Positions 13,130 through 27,100 of a stretch of DNA of 64,000 nucleotides are shown piece by piece. A program made the position numbers and the translations under genes. Each line of letters opens with the position of its first letter. Within the stretch, counting starts at the first letter, position 1. The stretch is taken from assembly GCA_951406725.2 (NCBI GenBank), contig OX597815.1, forward strand, positions 86,552,001-86,616,000, in the 5' to 3' direction. This DNA comes from Octopus vulgaris (taxonomy: Eukaryota). Below the pieces are notes generated by a model, which saw only the letters and a program-made list of their open reading frames with translations, was not told where the DNA came from and searched no databases.

Positions 13130-14246
13130 AATATAGATAGATATAGATATAGATATTGTAATCAACATGCGTTTCTATATATTTTTATCTCTGTTTTTGA
13201 TTCATAGCCAGGAGTACTTTTCTGTTTTTCGTTGTATTTTTACTGTTTAGTTTTTATCTTCTTATAATTTTGAATATTTTCGTTCATCTTTCATTCGTTT
13301 TTGAGATTAGGAAAAAATGTTATTAACCTTTATTCACAGTATTATTTACATTCATATTTGCGTGTATCTTCCTTTTCTAATAATGTAATATTGTTAATTG
13401 GAATCTAGAGTGTGCTCATGTACGCTGTATAACATGATATATAAGCTATCATTGTTGGTGTCTGAATTTTATTTCTTCGTGCTTGAAACGTGCGTGTGTG
13501 TATCTGTGTTTGTGTGCGCGTGTGCGTGTTTGTGTATGTGTGTGTGTCTGTTTTTATGTCCGAGAAATGAATTTGCACTTGAAACACCGCAGGTCAGCTT
13601 CATCAGGAATGTGCCAGATTTCAATAAGTAGAAGTTACCAAGTTGTCAGCCAGGCTTAAATATCATATTTACACTACTACACTTGTATAAAAAACGAACA
13701 TGAGTGAGATAGCTGGCTGAGTAGAGAAGGCAATACATCTTTAAGTAAAAGTGATAGTGGTTCGTATCTCACAATTTCCACTGATATTTTTGCATGAACG
13801 TGTATTACTTAAATTTTATTGTCCCATTCTGTTTATACCAACACTTGTGCAGGCCATAGTAGATGTAGAATCTATAGAACATAAAAATAGACAATTGGAT
13901 AAAAACCGCATGGTTCAATGGATTGTAACGCGAATTAAAAAATTTCCAGTGGTTACGAAACTGAAAAATCGCTACATCAGAATATTCTTTCATTTCTGAG
14001 ATCCTCAAAATGAAAATTTCCCCGGGAGTTGAATAAAAGTTTGCCTTCGGCAACGGAGATATGAGTGCAAAGAACGTAGAAAGAGTGGTTTAAACTGTGC
14101 TTATATCAAATGTTTGTTTCAAATTCATCCAAACCGGTTGTCAAGTGGTGGTGGCGGACAAACGCATATGCAAACACACACACACACAAATATATATATA
14201 TATATATAAAATTGATCAAAATAAAAATAAAAACATGAGGCGAAGG

Positions 14247-14338
14247 ATTCAGCGGTACATATGTTTCGGGCCTTTATTAGACAGATTTATAACAAAGCAT
14301 AATGTATGTCTGTGGCCTTCTTCAAGTACTCACCCCGA

Positions 14339-14340
<2 letters not shown>
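14247..14340 (-). ncRNA. Hammerhead-like motif with CUUGAAGA core and long stem II in a (TA)n-flanked unit
   Basis: Minus strand gagta-CTTGAAGA-aggcc-acaga...tctgt...ggccc-GAAA-catatg-TA; palindromic stem III ACATATGT; stem I imperfect. Confidence 0.45.
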
Positions 14341-14402
<62 letters not shown>

Positions 14403-14403
14403 A

Positions 14404-14540
14404 CAACGGGCTTCTTTCAGTTTCCGTCAACCAAATTCACTCACAAGATTTTTGAGCGGCCCGAGGCTATAGTAAGCTTTCCAAAGTTTCAAGCACTGGG
14501 ACTGAACCCAGGAGACAATCTTCTTAACATACGGTCACTA
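14404..14540 (-). mobile_element. Fragment of a second SINE family
   Basis: cgggcttctttcagtttccgtcaaccaaattcactcacaag...gaggctatagta...gggactgaaccc; homologous to 38120-38268. Confidence 0.7.
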
Positions 14541-15939
14541 ATCTGTAAGTGAGAATTGAAAAGCAGTATCCTTGTGGTACTATGGTTTGTTGACTATCAG
14601 TCTATATACATTTTTGTATGTTTATCGGAATCAGTATCTTACATGAGAATGTGTACACGTTATGCATATAATAGCTGCGTTGCTTCTTAAAAAGAGACAA
14701 AATTCAATCTTTAACGTAATTTTAAATACTTTTATATTCCTCTCTGTATCTCTCCCTCTTTCTCTGTCACTCTCCGCGTATATATGTGTATGTATGAAAT
14801 GGAATTGAAACTTTCGACGACACCAGATGTTTCTTCTGCTTTGACTTACAGAATAATAGAAAGTTTTTACAAATACCAACTTCTATATGAGCGTTGTGCG
14901 CAGGTGTCTGTCTGTGCATTAAGAATCAGCTTTATTTAATAGTCAACCTTACGTGTGAAATGAAGTTTCTCGTGTAAGGAAAAAATACAAAAAAGCTGTG
15001 GATAAGAGCGCTAACACCAATGACTGGCAATGGCTGCTCAGCACTATTTACCAGCTCCTTGTATGGTCTTAAATCAGAAAGAAAATTCACTCCTCCAATA
15101 AATGTACTTCTCATGTAATACAGCTGCAATTTGATGACATATTTGTAGCTGTATCCAGCGAGAGATCGATAAAAGTTACTAGATATACAGCTGGAACTTC
15201 CGAGCACCACAGATAAAAATATCTATCTCATGATCAGCCCACACACACAGCGATAAAGTATGCACACTGATCAACTATTGTCTTAACAACAAAATGGTTG
15301 TGTTGACGAGCTTACTTGGCATACAGCATGTCATGTAAAGTATCTGGTGAACCTTACATCAGAAGTACTGTTCACGTACTGCATATCTAATTTAAGCATT
15401 CATGCAAATGCTTCTTCTGAAAGAAAATGTCTCAGGAAATTAAAACTTTGGATATTACAATCTATCAAAACCACACACCGCAAAGCCAAGGAGTAGAGCA
15501 TCGAAAACAAGAGGATACAGTATACTCTCGTTTATTATTTACATCCCTTTATTTGCACATACAGTTGTAGTTCAGAACTACCGATAATCTTTATTCACTC
15601 TTATTAACGGCTTTTTAAATACTAGCTATTAATATATTCAGTAAAACAAAATCTATTGCTCTCCTTCTGCATTTCTTTTCATTCGTTTATTTCGAAATTT
15701 TACGGTTATGAGTTTATGAAACATTTTAATGCTGCAAATATATTATAATATGATGTATGTATGTATGTATGTATGTATGTATGTATGTATGTATGTATGT
15801 ATGTATGTATGCATGTATGTATGTATGTTCAGTTTCTCTTTTCAATAAGATTGTGAAGGAAAACATCTTGATTCAATGTCATCCTTGAAACCTTAAGAAG
15901 TTCTTGCAGATTTTTATAGTCCCAGATATCCAGACCATT

Positions 15940-18212
15940 TGTAACATATGAATTAAAGATTTTAAGAGCTTAAGAGGAGATACAGAAGATAATATTCCAC
16001 CTCAAGCAGAGGAAACCCGCCTGTTTTAAAATAAGATTTGAGGGCGAGACGTTTCCTACAACCACGGTGCCGAGTGGATTCATTCCCTGAGATCCGAACT
16101 CCATCACCCGGAGGCTCCAAAACTGCCAAACTGGAAAGCGGCGGGAGAAGACGGAATTGAAGGCTAATGCCTCAAGAGGTTTAAATCAACACACAAGCGA
16201 ATTGCGTTTCAATTAGACAATAGCCTACAGATTGGTGCAGTTCCGGAGTGGATTATCGAGGGAAAGACAACATTATAGAGGAAAGATCGGTCAAAGGGCA
16301 ATGAGGTTTGCAATTACCGACCCGTTGCTTGTCTTAACTTCCTATGGTATGTGTTAACAAGTATCCTTGCAGAGAAAATATATACGTTCCTTGCGGGAAA
16401 CAATATACTTCCGATAGAACAAAAGGGATGCCCAAAAGGATCCAAGGACATCAAGGACTACCTTCTGATATACAAGGTTGTAATGAAGAACTGCAAACCG
16501 TACCAAAAGAACGTGTGCATGACCTGGATATACTTCAAAAAGCCTTACATGTTCCTGCATTCGCAGATTTTGCAAACAATCGACATATGTGGAATAGCTG
16601 AGAACGTGTGTTCACCGATTAAGAACAGCATGCCTAGTTGGAAAATACGTCTTATCTGTAACAACCAGCACTTAGCAACCAATAGAGGTATCTTCTAAGG
16701 AAACTCTTGGGCACCTTTCTTATTTGTTATAGCCTTGATCCAACTTTCAGTAGTCCTTCGCAAAGTCAATGCGCACTATGTGCTGAGAAAGAATGGACCT
16801 CGTCTCAACCACCTTCTCTTCATGAATAATTTAAAACTGTTCGCAAAGACAGAGCCTGAAATGGAAAGATTGGTTGAGACTGTGCAAATGTGCAGCAAGA
16901 TTGTCGGTACAAAATTCGGTATCTCAAAGTCTGCGGTGCTCACTTTGAAACGGGGTAAAAGAGCAGATTGTAGGGGCATACAACTGCTAGACGGAGAGAG
17001 AATGGAAGACCCGGATGATAACGAGTACAAGTACTTTGGTATGCTGGATCTGGACGATATCTTGCACAGAGAAATGAAAGACAAGTTCATCTCTTCACAT
17101 TTGAAGCGCCTCACACTTCTTTTGAAATCAAAACTCAACTCAAGGAACCTTGTGACTGCCATCAACATATGGGCTGTTGCCGTAGTCCGCTAAAGTGCAA
17201 CCATCCTGAAATGGACACAAGCGGAGATTAACCAACTCGATCTCACTACCCGAAAGACAATGACAATGCAAGGTGCCCTCAACCCAAAGGCAAACGTACA
17301 CAGGCTCTACATGAATAGGTATAAAGATGGACGTGGGATGATTTGCGTACGGGAAAGCATCAACAATGAAAGAAGAAACATGGAAGAATATTTGGTAAAA
17401 AGCAAACAAGACCTGCTACAGAATGTTGCTAATGCAGAGGCATTTACCAAAAAATGGATTTGGGAGTAATAATGAATTCCGATCACGAATAAGCAACGAG
17501 AGAGAAGAAATTCTTCTCCGCATGGAATTAGAGGTTCAGTTCCACCGTGAAACTAACAACTTAACAGACCAGAAAGCATTATTCAGGTGGCTCAACAAGG
17601 GTGACCTAAAAAAGAAGTCTGAAAGCCTAATCGTTTCTGCCTAGGATCAAGCATTGAATACCAACACAGTGAAAAGCGATGTGTACCACACAAGTGCAAC
17701 GAACCTCTGTAGAATGTGTGGAAAGAGAGCCGAAAGCGTAACTCACACACTGCTAGTGCTTGTAAAAGTCGAAACGTCCACTGGCTAATATGCCAGAAGT
17801 ATGAATAAGAGGTAACGGGTTTTTGGTATCAACATACACCGAAAAGGTAATGGACGAAAAGGGGTGGGCAAAAATCCTCTGGGATTGTCTTCCAGGCAGA
17901 CAAATTGTTAGAGCATCTAAGGACGGATATAATAACATTTAAGAGGAAGAAACAAGAGTGCCGAATAATCGACGTGGCAGTGCCGGGAGATCAACATCAT
18001 GAAAGAAAGAGTGAAGATTGATAAATATGGAGACCTGAGAATTGAGATTACCAAGATGTGTCATCTACGAGTATCAAACAAAGTTTTTCCCTGTTGCTAA
18101 CGGAGCATGGGTTTCAATATCACCCAACCTGAAGAAACATCTGGAAACTTCAGAAATACCCTACAATCTATAGGTGTATTGCAAGAGTCGGCATTACTTG
18201 GAGCTGCATGCA
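15940..18212 (+). mobile_element. Degenerate R4/Dong-clade non-LTR retrotransposon (RT, CCHC, RLE)
   Basis: NWKAAGEDG, NYRPVACL, EQKGC, RLNHLLFMNNLKLFA, KFGISK, AINIWAVAVVRY, CRMCGKRAESVTH, QESALLGA; many stops and frameshifts. Confidence 0.92.
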
Positions 18213-18219
18213 TAAATCA

Positions 18220-18251
18220 AAATAATAATATCACTCATAATAATAATAATG

Positions 18252-18327
<76 letters not shown>

Positions 18328-18347
18328 TAATAATAATAATAATAATG

Positions 18348-18378
<31 letters not shown>

Positions 18379-18388
18379 AAAATAATAA

Positions 18389-18419
<31 letters not shown>

Positions 18420-18421
18420 AC

Positions 18422-18466
<45 letters not shown>

Positions 18467-18485
18467 CAATAACAATAATAATAAT
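18220..18485. repeat. (TAA)n microsatellite directly after the R4 element
   Basis: Direct reading. Confidence 0.95.
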
Positions 18486-18651
18486 ATATTTTCTTCTTTC
18501 CATTTTCTCTCTGTCTTCTTTTGTCTATCTCATAACTTTGTAAATGAACAATCTGGTGTCTTTAGTTTAATGGCCTAGCGAGATTCATTGCTCTAGGTGT
18601 TGGGAAAAGATTCCGTAAGAAATGGAACCAAAATTGATAGGTGAGAATGGC

Positions 18652-18711
<60 letters not shown>

Positions 18712-18712
<1 letters not shown>

Positions 18713-19270
18713 TGTGGAGAATACAAAGTGCTACTTTGGAAACTGTGCGAAAAGTGGGTGCTAGAGAGAGGCAAGACGTGATATGAGCACAAACTGCAGA
18801 GAGTAGCAGATTCGGATGCTGACAAAATCCGCTGGGATTTCCCAATACAAACAGATCATGTGCTAGAGTATAACAGACCGGACCTAGTGTTGATGAACAA
18901 GGTACACTACATATGCTATATAGCTGATGTTGCATGCCCCTTTGACCCACGAATAGTTGACAAGGATGGCGAAAAGATAGATAGATAGATACAACTCTCT
19001 TAAGTACGAAATACACAGGCTATAGAAAATGAAGGTGAAGATAGTGATAATTATTGTTGGGTCTTTGGAAACAGTATCAGAAGGTATCAAGTGGAATATA
19101 AAGGAAATTAGAATAATGTGCCCAGTAGAACAAAAGATTTGTCTCCTTGACACGGCCAAAATAATCAGGAAAGTATTAGATAGGTGAAAAGAGCGAATAG
19201 CATGGTACCATAGGCTGCAGGTAGTAAGCCCACTACGCATGCAACACTCTAGGAGCCCCAATAAAATCTA
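18712..19270 (+). mobile_element. 5'-truncated R4/Dong 3' end beginning in a (TAA)n tract
   Basis: WKLCEK...YEHK...WDFPIQTDHVLEYNRPDLV...DVACPFD...QKICLLDTAKIIRKVL; preceded by (TAA)n at 18652-18711. Confidence 0.85.
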
Positions 19271-19599
19271 TGATAAAGAGGGGTTCTCTTTAGTAGATTA
19301 CATCGACGCCAGTGTTCAAATGGTAATTATTTAGCTGGTTATTCTAAATTTATACACGACACTGTTCTCACTAAACTATCCATATTAGAAATATATATTC
19401 ATTGCGATAGTTTACCTATATTTTCTTAAAAGCTTCTTCGAGTTGGATTATTATTTTTTTAACTTTGCATCGTGTAAATCTCCATATAATGAACAATTTT
19501 GTCGCCAGTAATGTTTGCCGATTGCTTGCTGGTGATAAAATATAAAGACGAAGCCACATTGGTCCAGGAAGCCTTATAAGCCTTTTCATAAGCTATACT

Positions 19600-19648
<49 letters not shown>

Positions 19649-19695
19649 TATATGTATGTATGTATGTATATATATATATACATAAATACATACAT

Positions 19696-19772
<77 letters not shown>

Positions 19773-20589
19773 TCTATGAAAGCATACGTGGATATGTTTG
19801 GTTGTGTGTGTGTGTATGTGTGTGTGTTTGCGCGCCTGTGTCTTTGTATCCGTGTCTTTGCGCGTGTAATTTGTAATTCGAAAATTAGTGCTATTCATAG
19901 TTTTACTGACGACTGGTCGCCGATTTCATTGTAACCGTGTTAAAGTCGTTTAGGTGGTAGTGGATGTGTGATCTATATCCGTACATCTTCAGACTAAAAT
20001 TTTATTGTCATTCCTCTAGTCATTGTATTAGGATGGAAGTGATATAATAGATTTCTTACAAAATATGTCAGATACTTTTTGAGACAATAAGTTGCTTTTA
20101 AAGAAATTGATTTATTGGTACAAATAGAGTTGCTTTGACAAAATTTCATTTAATTTCTATTGCAATCAATATAATCCTCCGTGTGTTTCAAACATGATGT
20201 CTTTTGTGGCCACACACTGGAAAGTAATTATACAAATAAGTTTTCATTAGTAACCGATTCACATTTGTTTATCGGAAACATTGTCAATCCTAATGGTTGT
20301 AAATTATAACTAAATGAAAGCTATAATAAGCTGAAATATTTAGAATATTTTAGAGAGTTTAGCATAGTTGTTTGTAGTTTATTACAATGTTTGTTTTGAA
20401 TTTTTTTTTTTTTACTTCCGTATCTTGCATCTCTCCGCACATGGCTTGGCTTCTCGTACTCCTGAGTCGTCGATAGTATGCGTGCCAGTCAAATATACTA
20501 GGATCGATTTCATTGAGATCACGCCGCCACAAAATTATGAAGCCTTCTGTATATGTTAGAAACCATTATCATTTTTCGGTGAGCTGCCA

Positions 20590-20810
20590 AGTGGGGCGAG
20601 CTGGCAGAATTGTTAGCACGATGGGTGAAATACTTAGCGGTAATTCGTCTGCCGCTTCGTTCTGAGTTCAAATTCTGCCGAGGTCGACTTTGCCTTTCAT
20701 CCTTTCGAGATCGATGAAAAAGTACCAGTTGAGTACTGTGGTCGATATAATTGACTATCCTCCTCCTTCAATTTCCGACCTTCTGCCTATAGTAGAAAGG
20801 GCTATTATCT
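20590..20810 (+). mobile_element. tRNA-derived SINE
   Basis: ggggcgagctggcagaattgttagcacg...gagttcaaattctgccgaggtcgactttgcctttcatcc. Confidence 0.9.
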
Positions 20811-20879
20811 TTGATTATCTAATCTGCGTGTTTGTTACAATAACTCGGCGAGACACAACCAGTCTACGAGTATTTCCTT

Positions 20880-23800
20880 CTCACTCTTTAATGGCTATGT
20901 CTGGTCGATTAGCTTGGATCGTTCTGTCGGTGATGACAGGAAAATCCCAGAGCGTAGTGACATTTTTACCTTCAACGACTGGTTCAGGATGATATTCATA
21001 CCAATAAGCAGGAGTGCTGATTTCGTAGTGTTTACATATTTTCCAATATAAATACTGTCCTACACTATCGTGCCGATTTTTGCATTTGTTTGCTGTTAGC
21101 ACATGACATCACGAGACGAGATGGTCTATTGTTTCATTAAATGTATCCCAGAATCTGCATTTCGGGTCAGAATCTTTCTGAAGAACGTTAGCGTGGTAAT
21201 GTTTGGTAAGCAAGCTTTGAACTTTGACGCCAATAGGAAACATTTAGTCTATGCTTTCAGTCCTGAGCTTCTCAGTCACTGACAAGTTGTTGCTTGGTAT
21301 ACATCAGCAATTCGGCTTTGAAGTATATACAGACCATGCAGAGGCTTCTGGCTCCACTGCCCCATAATTTGTTTCTGCCCGCTCTTTTTTGCAGTCTGTT
21401 CGATCCGTTTTGCTCTTTTGGTGGCACTGGTTTCAGGTTCTTCATCTAATTCAGGCTTACAAGCCGCAGCATCCAGTCCTCTCTACTAGATAAGTACTTG
21501 TTCATTGCTAATATGGAGGTCTTATAGCACAGTTCTGTCAGTATCATTCCTCTCCCTCTATTACTTCTAGGTAGGTACAGATGATCAACGTCTGCTTTTG
21601 ACTGGTGCATGGTCTTAGATGTTGTCTTCCTGGCCAGGCGTTGGAGTTCTGTAAGATTTCAGTTAATGATGTTAAAATTGTATTGAACTACTGGACGTGC
21701 TAGGGTGTTAATGGCTTCAATGTGATTGTTGGAGCTGAGTTCAATTTTTAGTATGAGTTGTATTCTTCTGTGATACTCCTCTCCTATTTTTTCCTTCATA
21801 GTAGCATACTGTATGCCGTCTCCTTCGTTTATCCCCAGGTATTTATGGCTTTCTTGTGGGTCAAGCTCGTTGATGGTAGTGTCAGTATCTAATTTAACCG
21901 AAGCTGTTTGCTTGAGCTTTCCTCTTACAGAAGTTGTTTTAGCACACTTATCAGGGCCAAAATCCACCCCGATATCATTGCTGAACTCTTTAAACAGTTG
22001 TTAACAGCCCTACTAGCTCTTTGTAATTTTTAGCAAACAACTTCAGATCGTCCATATAAAACAGATAGTTTACTATAACATTATACATTTTAACCCATAC
22101 CTAGTGTTATGTAATTCGTTTGAGTGTGGGATCAGTGCCATGCAAAAGAGTAATTGGGAGAGGGAGTCACCTGGAAGGATGCTTCGTTTGAAGTTGATGT
22201 TGTTAGATTGACTCATCCCATTTCTATGGTTTAGAAGGAGATGAGTATTTCACTTGGCCATGCTACCTTGTAAGAATTTGGAGATGACAGGAGAGATTGT
22301 GTATATTCCAAGGGCCTTGAGGAGTCAATTATGTGGGGCACTATCGAATGATTTCTTGTGGTCTCTCCATGCCTTAATCAGGTTCTTCTTGTTGCTCCGG
22401 CAATTCTCTACAATCTTTTTATGTGTAATTGATCTTTGCGTCCATGAGAATTCCTTTCATAATCTTTTTGAGCCTGTGGAAGAATAGAGTTCTGTTCAAG
22501 GAAGGTCTGTATTCTTTCAGTGAGTATAGATGTGATGATCTTTTAGGTGGTGTTGAAACATGTAATTGGTCGGTAGTTCTTTGGATTTTTCGTAACTTCA
22601 GTTTTTGGTAGAAGGTACGTTGTCCCTTCGGTCAGCCGGGCAGATATTTGCTCTGGGTTCTGGATGACATCAGTTAGGGATGTAGCAAAATGTTGGTATA
22701 CTTCAGTCAAACAATTCAGCCAGGAGTTAGGCATCCGGTCCAGTCCTGAGGTTCTCCATTTGTGAGACTGCCTAAGAATACGTCTTAGCTCTTCTACTCC
22801 TATTGCCTCCCATTTCTGCTCTTCAACTTGATCCACTCTCACTTTCTCACATTCTATCCTGTGAGCTTCAGCATTATATTCTTTTTTGTTGCTCCAGAAC
22901 TCATCAATTTCCCCACTCTTAGGCGGCTCCTGTACTTCTCTCTTGCTTTTGCCAATTTCCCTGTAAACTTGTTTTGCATCCATCTTGAATACCTAATTTT
23001 GTCGACAAAATTTGATTTCAATTGCATTCGTTGTTTCACAAGTTCCTTGGTTTCAGGGAGGTTTATAAAATCCTTGATTTTATATTTCGGTTTGATTTTT
23101 TCTTGCTCGTTTCATCTTAAAGTTTACTCCTGTAGCATGTTCATCGAGAACTGATACATCCGCCTGCAAAACTTCGATCTCTTCTTGTATTGCTACTTTC
23201 CACTTAGGATGTCCATTGACATGGTTGGTTCTTTTCTGTGTCGTCCTGATACCTAATTGTGTAGTTACAACTTTAGCAGTTGAATAGATGAGGTTATTTA
23301 AGGTTATTAGGTCCTTTCACTTATTTCTTAAGATCTGTCTAAGAGCTATATCATATATCGTGATTATGTTGTTATTTTTTTATGCTGTTTGTGAGCTTTG
23401 GCAGCGGTTCTCTATAGGTCATCCCAGTAAACTCAATTTTGCTAAGTCCTCTCATATCTTCTTTTACTTCTATGATCTCTTTATTATTCACCTCAATTCT
23501 GTGCCATATCTATTCTAGTGTTCTTGACGTAGGTCTAATTTCTCCTCTTTTTCCGTATATCTGTTCTTCGCTATTCTTTCTTCCGTTTCCTCGTTGAGAT
23601 TTTCTGCTCGTACACTGGATTCTGTGCATCCGCTACCTATTTCATCTGCCTTGTTGTTGTTTTCACGTGGTCTACCATGGGATATTCGTGTACTAATTTG
23701 GCTAATTTCAACGTTAGTTAACCTTTAATTATTAATCTCATTACTTAATTTATATGAGACATGATTTGGGCTTAGTTGGGCTGTATAGAAAGCTTTCAAC

Positions 23801-23915
23801 ACATCTCTATATTCCTCTCTATTCTATTTTATGCGTTTTGCTTAAGGTGGTGATTTTGGTAGTGCCACTACAGGTCTAGCGTTAGGATTATCCTGGTTAC
23901 CTGGTAGTTCGTTTT
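20880..23915 (-). mobile_element. Near full-length degenerate R4/Dong element (3' end truncated)
   Basis: N-terminal KRIK.REEYRDVLKAFY; KNYRPITC; FYMDDLKLFA; FGPDKCA; RHDSVGQYLYWKICKHY...ANRPDIAIK. Confidence 0.92.
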
Positions 23916-23946
23916 TTTTTTTTGAGATAGAGTTCATTCCAGCATC

Positions 23947-23977
23947 TTTTTCTTCTTCTTCTTCTTCTTCTTCTTCT

Positions 23978-24024
<47 letters not shown>

Positions 24025-24100
24025 TTCTTCTTCTTCTTCTTCTTCTTCTACTACTACTACTACTACTACTCCCCTTCTTCTTCTCCTTCTTTTTCTTCTT
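23947..24100. repeat. (CTT)n/(CTA)n tract at the 3' end of the adjacent R4 element
   Basis: Direct reading; source of the poly-E and poly-R ORFs. Confidence 0.95.
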
Positions 24101-27100
24101 GTATGTGACTTTTGCTTTGTATTCGTACAAGTTGGCTCCAAGTCTCGCCCAGAGACCTCAAGAAACAATAATTTAGAAGTTCAAGTTGGTATTATGCTAA
24201 GGGTATCTTATATTTGGTTTTGCATATAGTATTGTTCTAGAGAATGTTTAAGAAAACATAAGAAAATTATGAGTACGTTTTAAAATTTGAGATTACATGT
24301 ATATTAAGTAGGATATGGACAGTTCCCATGGGCACTATCTTTTAAAATTCTGCCATTATGGGGTTTCCTGGTATCTTAGCGGGGTAGCACTTAGCCCCTT
24401 TTGCTATCATACCTATGACAACAGGTATTGTTTTAGTCTTCAGGTTCCACATTTTGCTAATATCTACTTCAAGATCTTTATACTTGCTCAGTTTTTGGTA
24501 GGTCTTGACAGATACGTTTATATCGGTTGGGACGGTCATATCAATGAAGAGGTATGATTTTTGTCTGAAGACTTTTGATATGATGTCTGGCCTATTTGCA
24601 TCTATCATTCTATCAGTTTGAATGGCGAAGTTCCAGAGGAAAGGAGATGTGATCGTTTTCAAGCACTGGGGGTGGTTTGTGTTCCTACCAGTTTTTATCA
24701 TGGGGGCAAGTCCAGCTTTTTGCAAATTACCCAGTGAATATCTTGTGCAGCTCTATCATGCCTGTTGAGATACTCTGTAGGCGCAAGAAGACTGCACTTG
24801 GAGACAACATGATCAATGGTTTCATTTTGTTGTTAACATACACGCCATGTTGGGAAGCTACCGTTCTTTAATATGTTGGCCTGGTAATTCTTTGTAGGTA
24901 GGCATTGATCTTGAGCTGCTATAATAAACCCTTCTGTTTCAGATTTTAAGCCACAGGCCATTAGCCATTGATGGGCAAGGGCTTTGTCAACATCGGCATT
25001 ATTAGCTCTCTTGGGGTATTTGCCATTGAGAGGCTTTTCTTGCCATTTATCAGTCAGAATATCTAAGGCAGCAGTTTTAGCACGGATTTTCATGCGCTTA
25101 GCTTTTTCTGTGCTTGTTTCTAGTACGTCTACTTCTGAAATTTTTTGTATTTGGAATTCACTTAGATATACCTTTGCGTGTTTTGTTACTGAGTATGATG
25201 CTTTCTTGTTTTCATGCTTTGAGACAAGTTTTAACATCCAGTCATCAGAGTTTTTCAGGTAGGTGTCTAGGCTAATTGTGGCAATCTTCATTGTTAATTC
25301 CAGTTGTAAAAGTCTACGGCCATTCTCTTTTCTTGGCAGGTCGTTCTATATTTGCCTCAGGGTGGTGCATTCTATGCATTGTCAACAATTTTCGTATTTT
25401 TCTGTCAAGATTACATATGTCAGTAATTGACCAGTTAATAATATTGAAACTGTAAGTCACGATTGATATGGCTAAATTATTGATCGCTTCGATCCTGTTT
25501 CTTGCATTCAGCTCTGTTTTCAGTATTGTCCTTACCCTGCGATAACATTCTCTTCTGATCCTTTCCATTATCACTGAATATTTGATTTCGTCCCCTAGGA
25601 ATGTGTAGCTCTCTGCTGGTTCTAATTCCTTTATGACATTCTGAAGGTCAAGATTAACTTTGGATGTTTCTATTATTTTCCTTTGATAAATTGCATCCTG
25701 ATCTCATCACTGAATTGTTTAAATCGCTTGTAAGCCCTTGATTTGTTGGTCAATTTTCGCAAAGAGCTTAAATCATCCATGTAAATAAGATGATCTATAA
25801 TTTCATCAAACATTTTATAACCGTATTGTACATCTTGGAGCAATTTTCAGGGAGGTATTAAGAGGAGATTTGTGATAGAGAGTCACCCTGGAAAATGTTA
25901 CATGAAATTGTTACATCTCCAGCATTAAGAGATTCATTGTCACTGTTCAAAGTCAGTGTGGTTCCCCGTGATCTCATACTTACAGACAAGAAGTTTCGCA
26001 GAGAAGGTGTTATTTTATACATTTCCATACATTTCTTAATTCAGCTATGTGGTACACTATCAAAAGCTTTTTTTATAATTTATTCGGGCTATCGACAAGT
26101 TTTTTGTGACAATCTTCCAATATCATCTTATTGATGAGTAGTTGAAATTTACAACCATAGGATCCACGTTTACATCATTTTTGCTCATTAGGGAATCTGC
26201 CACTTTCTATTAAAAAACTATTGGTATATTCAGTCAAAACAGATGTTAGCATTTTATATATTGTTCTTAAGCAGGTTATTGGTCTATATTATTTGGTTCA
26301 TTTGTTTCTTGATTTTTTGGAAATAGGAATGTTATACCATTAAGTAGCCAAGAGGACAAAAGGGAACGCAGTGTAAATAACGGACAGAGTCAAGACTATT
26401 GAATAGTTTGCAAGATGCAACAAAAAGTTTAGGAAAATAAAAATAAGAAATAAGTGGAAATGTTACCGGTAAGTGTGTTAAATGACTCTCCCCAGACACA
26501 ACAGAATATCCTTCAACACACGAACTCACATAAATAATCTTGCAAACCAAATCCCAAAACGAAATGTTGTTGTAAAGTTTGTTAGCAGTTCGTGGCTTTT
26601 TGGGAAGGCATTCAACCAGAAGTTACGGATTTTATCCTTTCCTGGAGACTTCAATTTGCTTAACTTCCTGAGAACAGATCTTAAGTCCTCTATCTTGATA
26701 CCCACGCACTTTTGCTTTTCTAAGGAGTTTAAGTCTGTAAATATTCTATTAATCCAAGAAGCCTTTTCATTGTGTTTTTTCTTCTTCCCAAATTTTATAC
26801 CAAAATTCCTTTACTTCTTTTGATGGGACAGACTTTACTGAAACTGGTAGTTCTCTATCTTCCTTAAAAATTTTTGGGGGTTATTTTTGAACATGTTGTT
26901 GTCCTTGAAGAATCTAACGCGCTGTTTATGTCTTGCTATGCGGGCAGCTTTAGCACATAGCTTTTGCTTGATGGTTTCTATGGTGGTGTCGATGTCAAAT
27001 ATGGTTTTCATATTATATTATTTCTTTAATTTTCGGGTTTTTGTTGATTTGATAGTTTTGTCAAACTTAAGGTTTTTTAAACATTCTATGTCAGACCTAG

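Noticed and set aside
14932-15210. Minus-strand ORF, with a kinase-like QICHQIAA..LHEK phrase in another frame
   Set aside because: No HRD/DFG or other supporting motifs; stops follow immediately.
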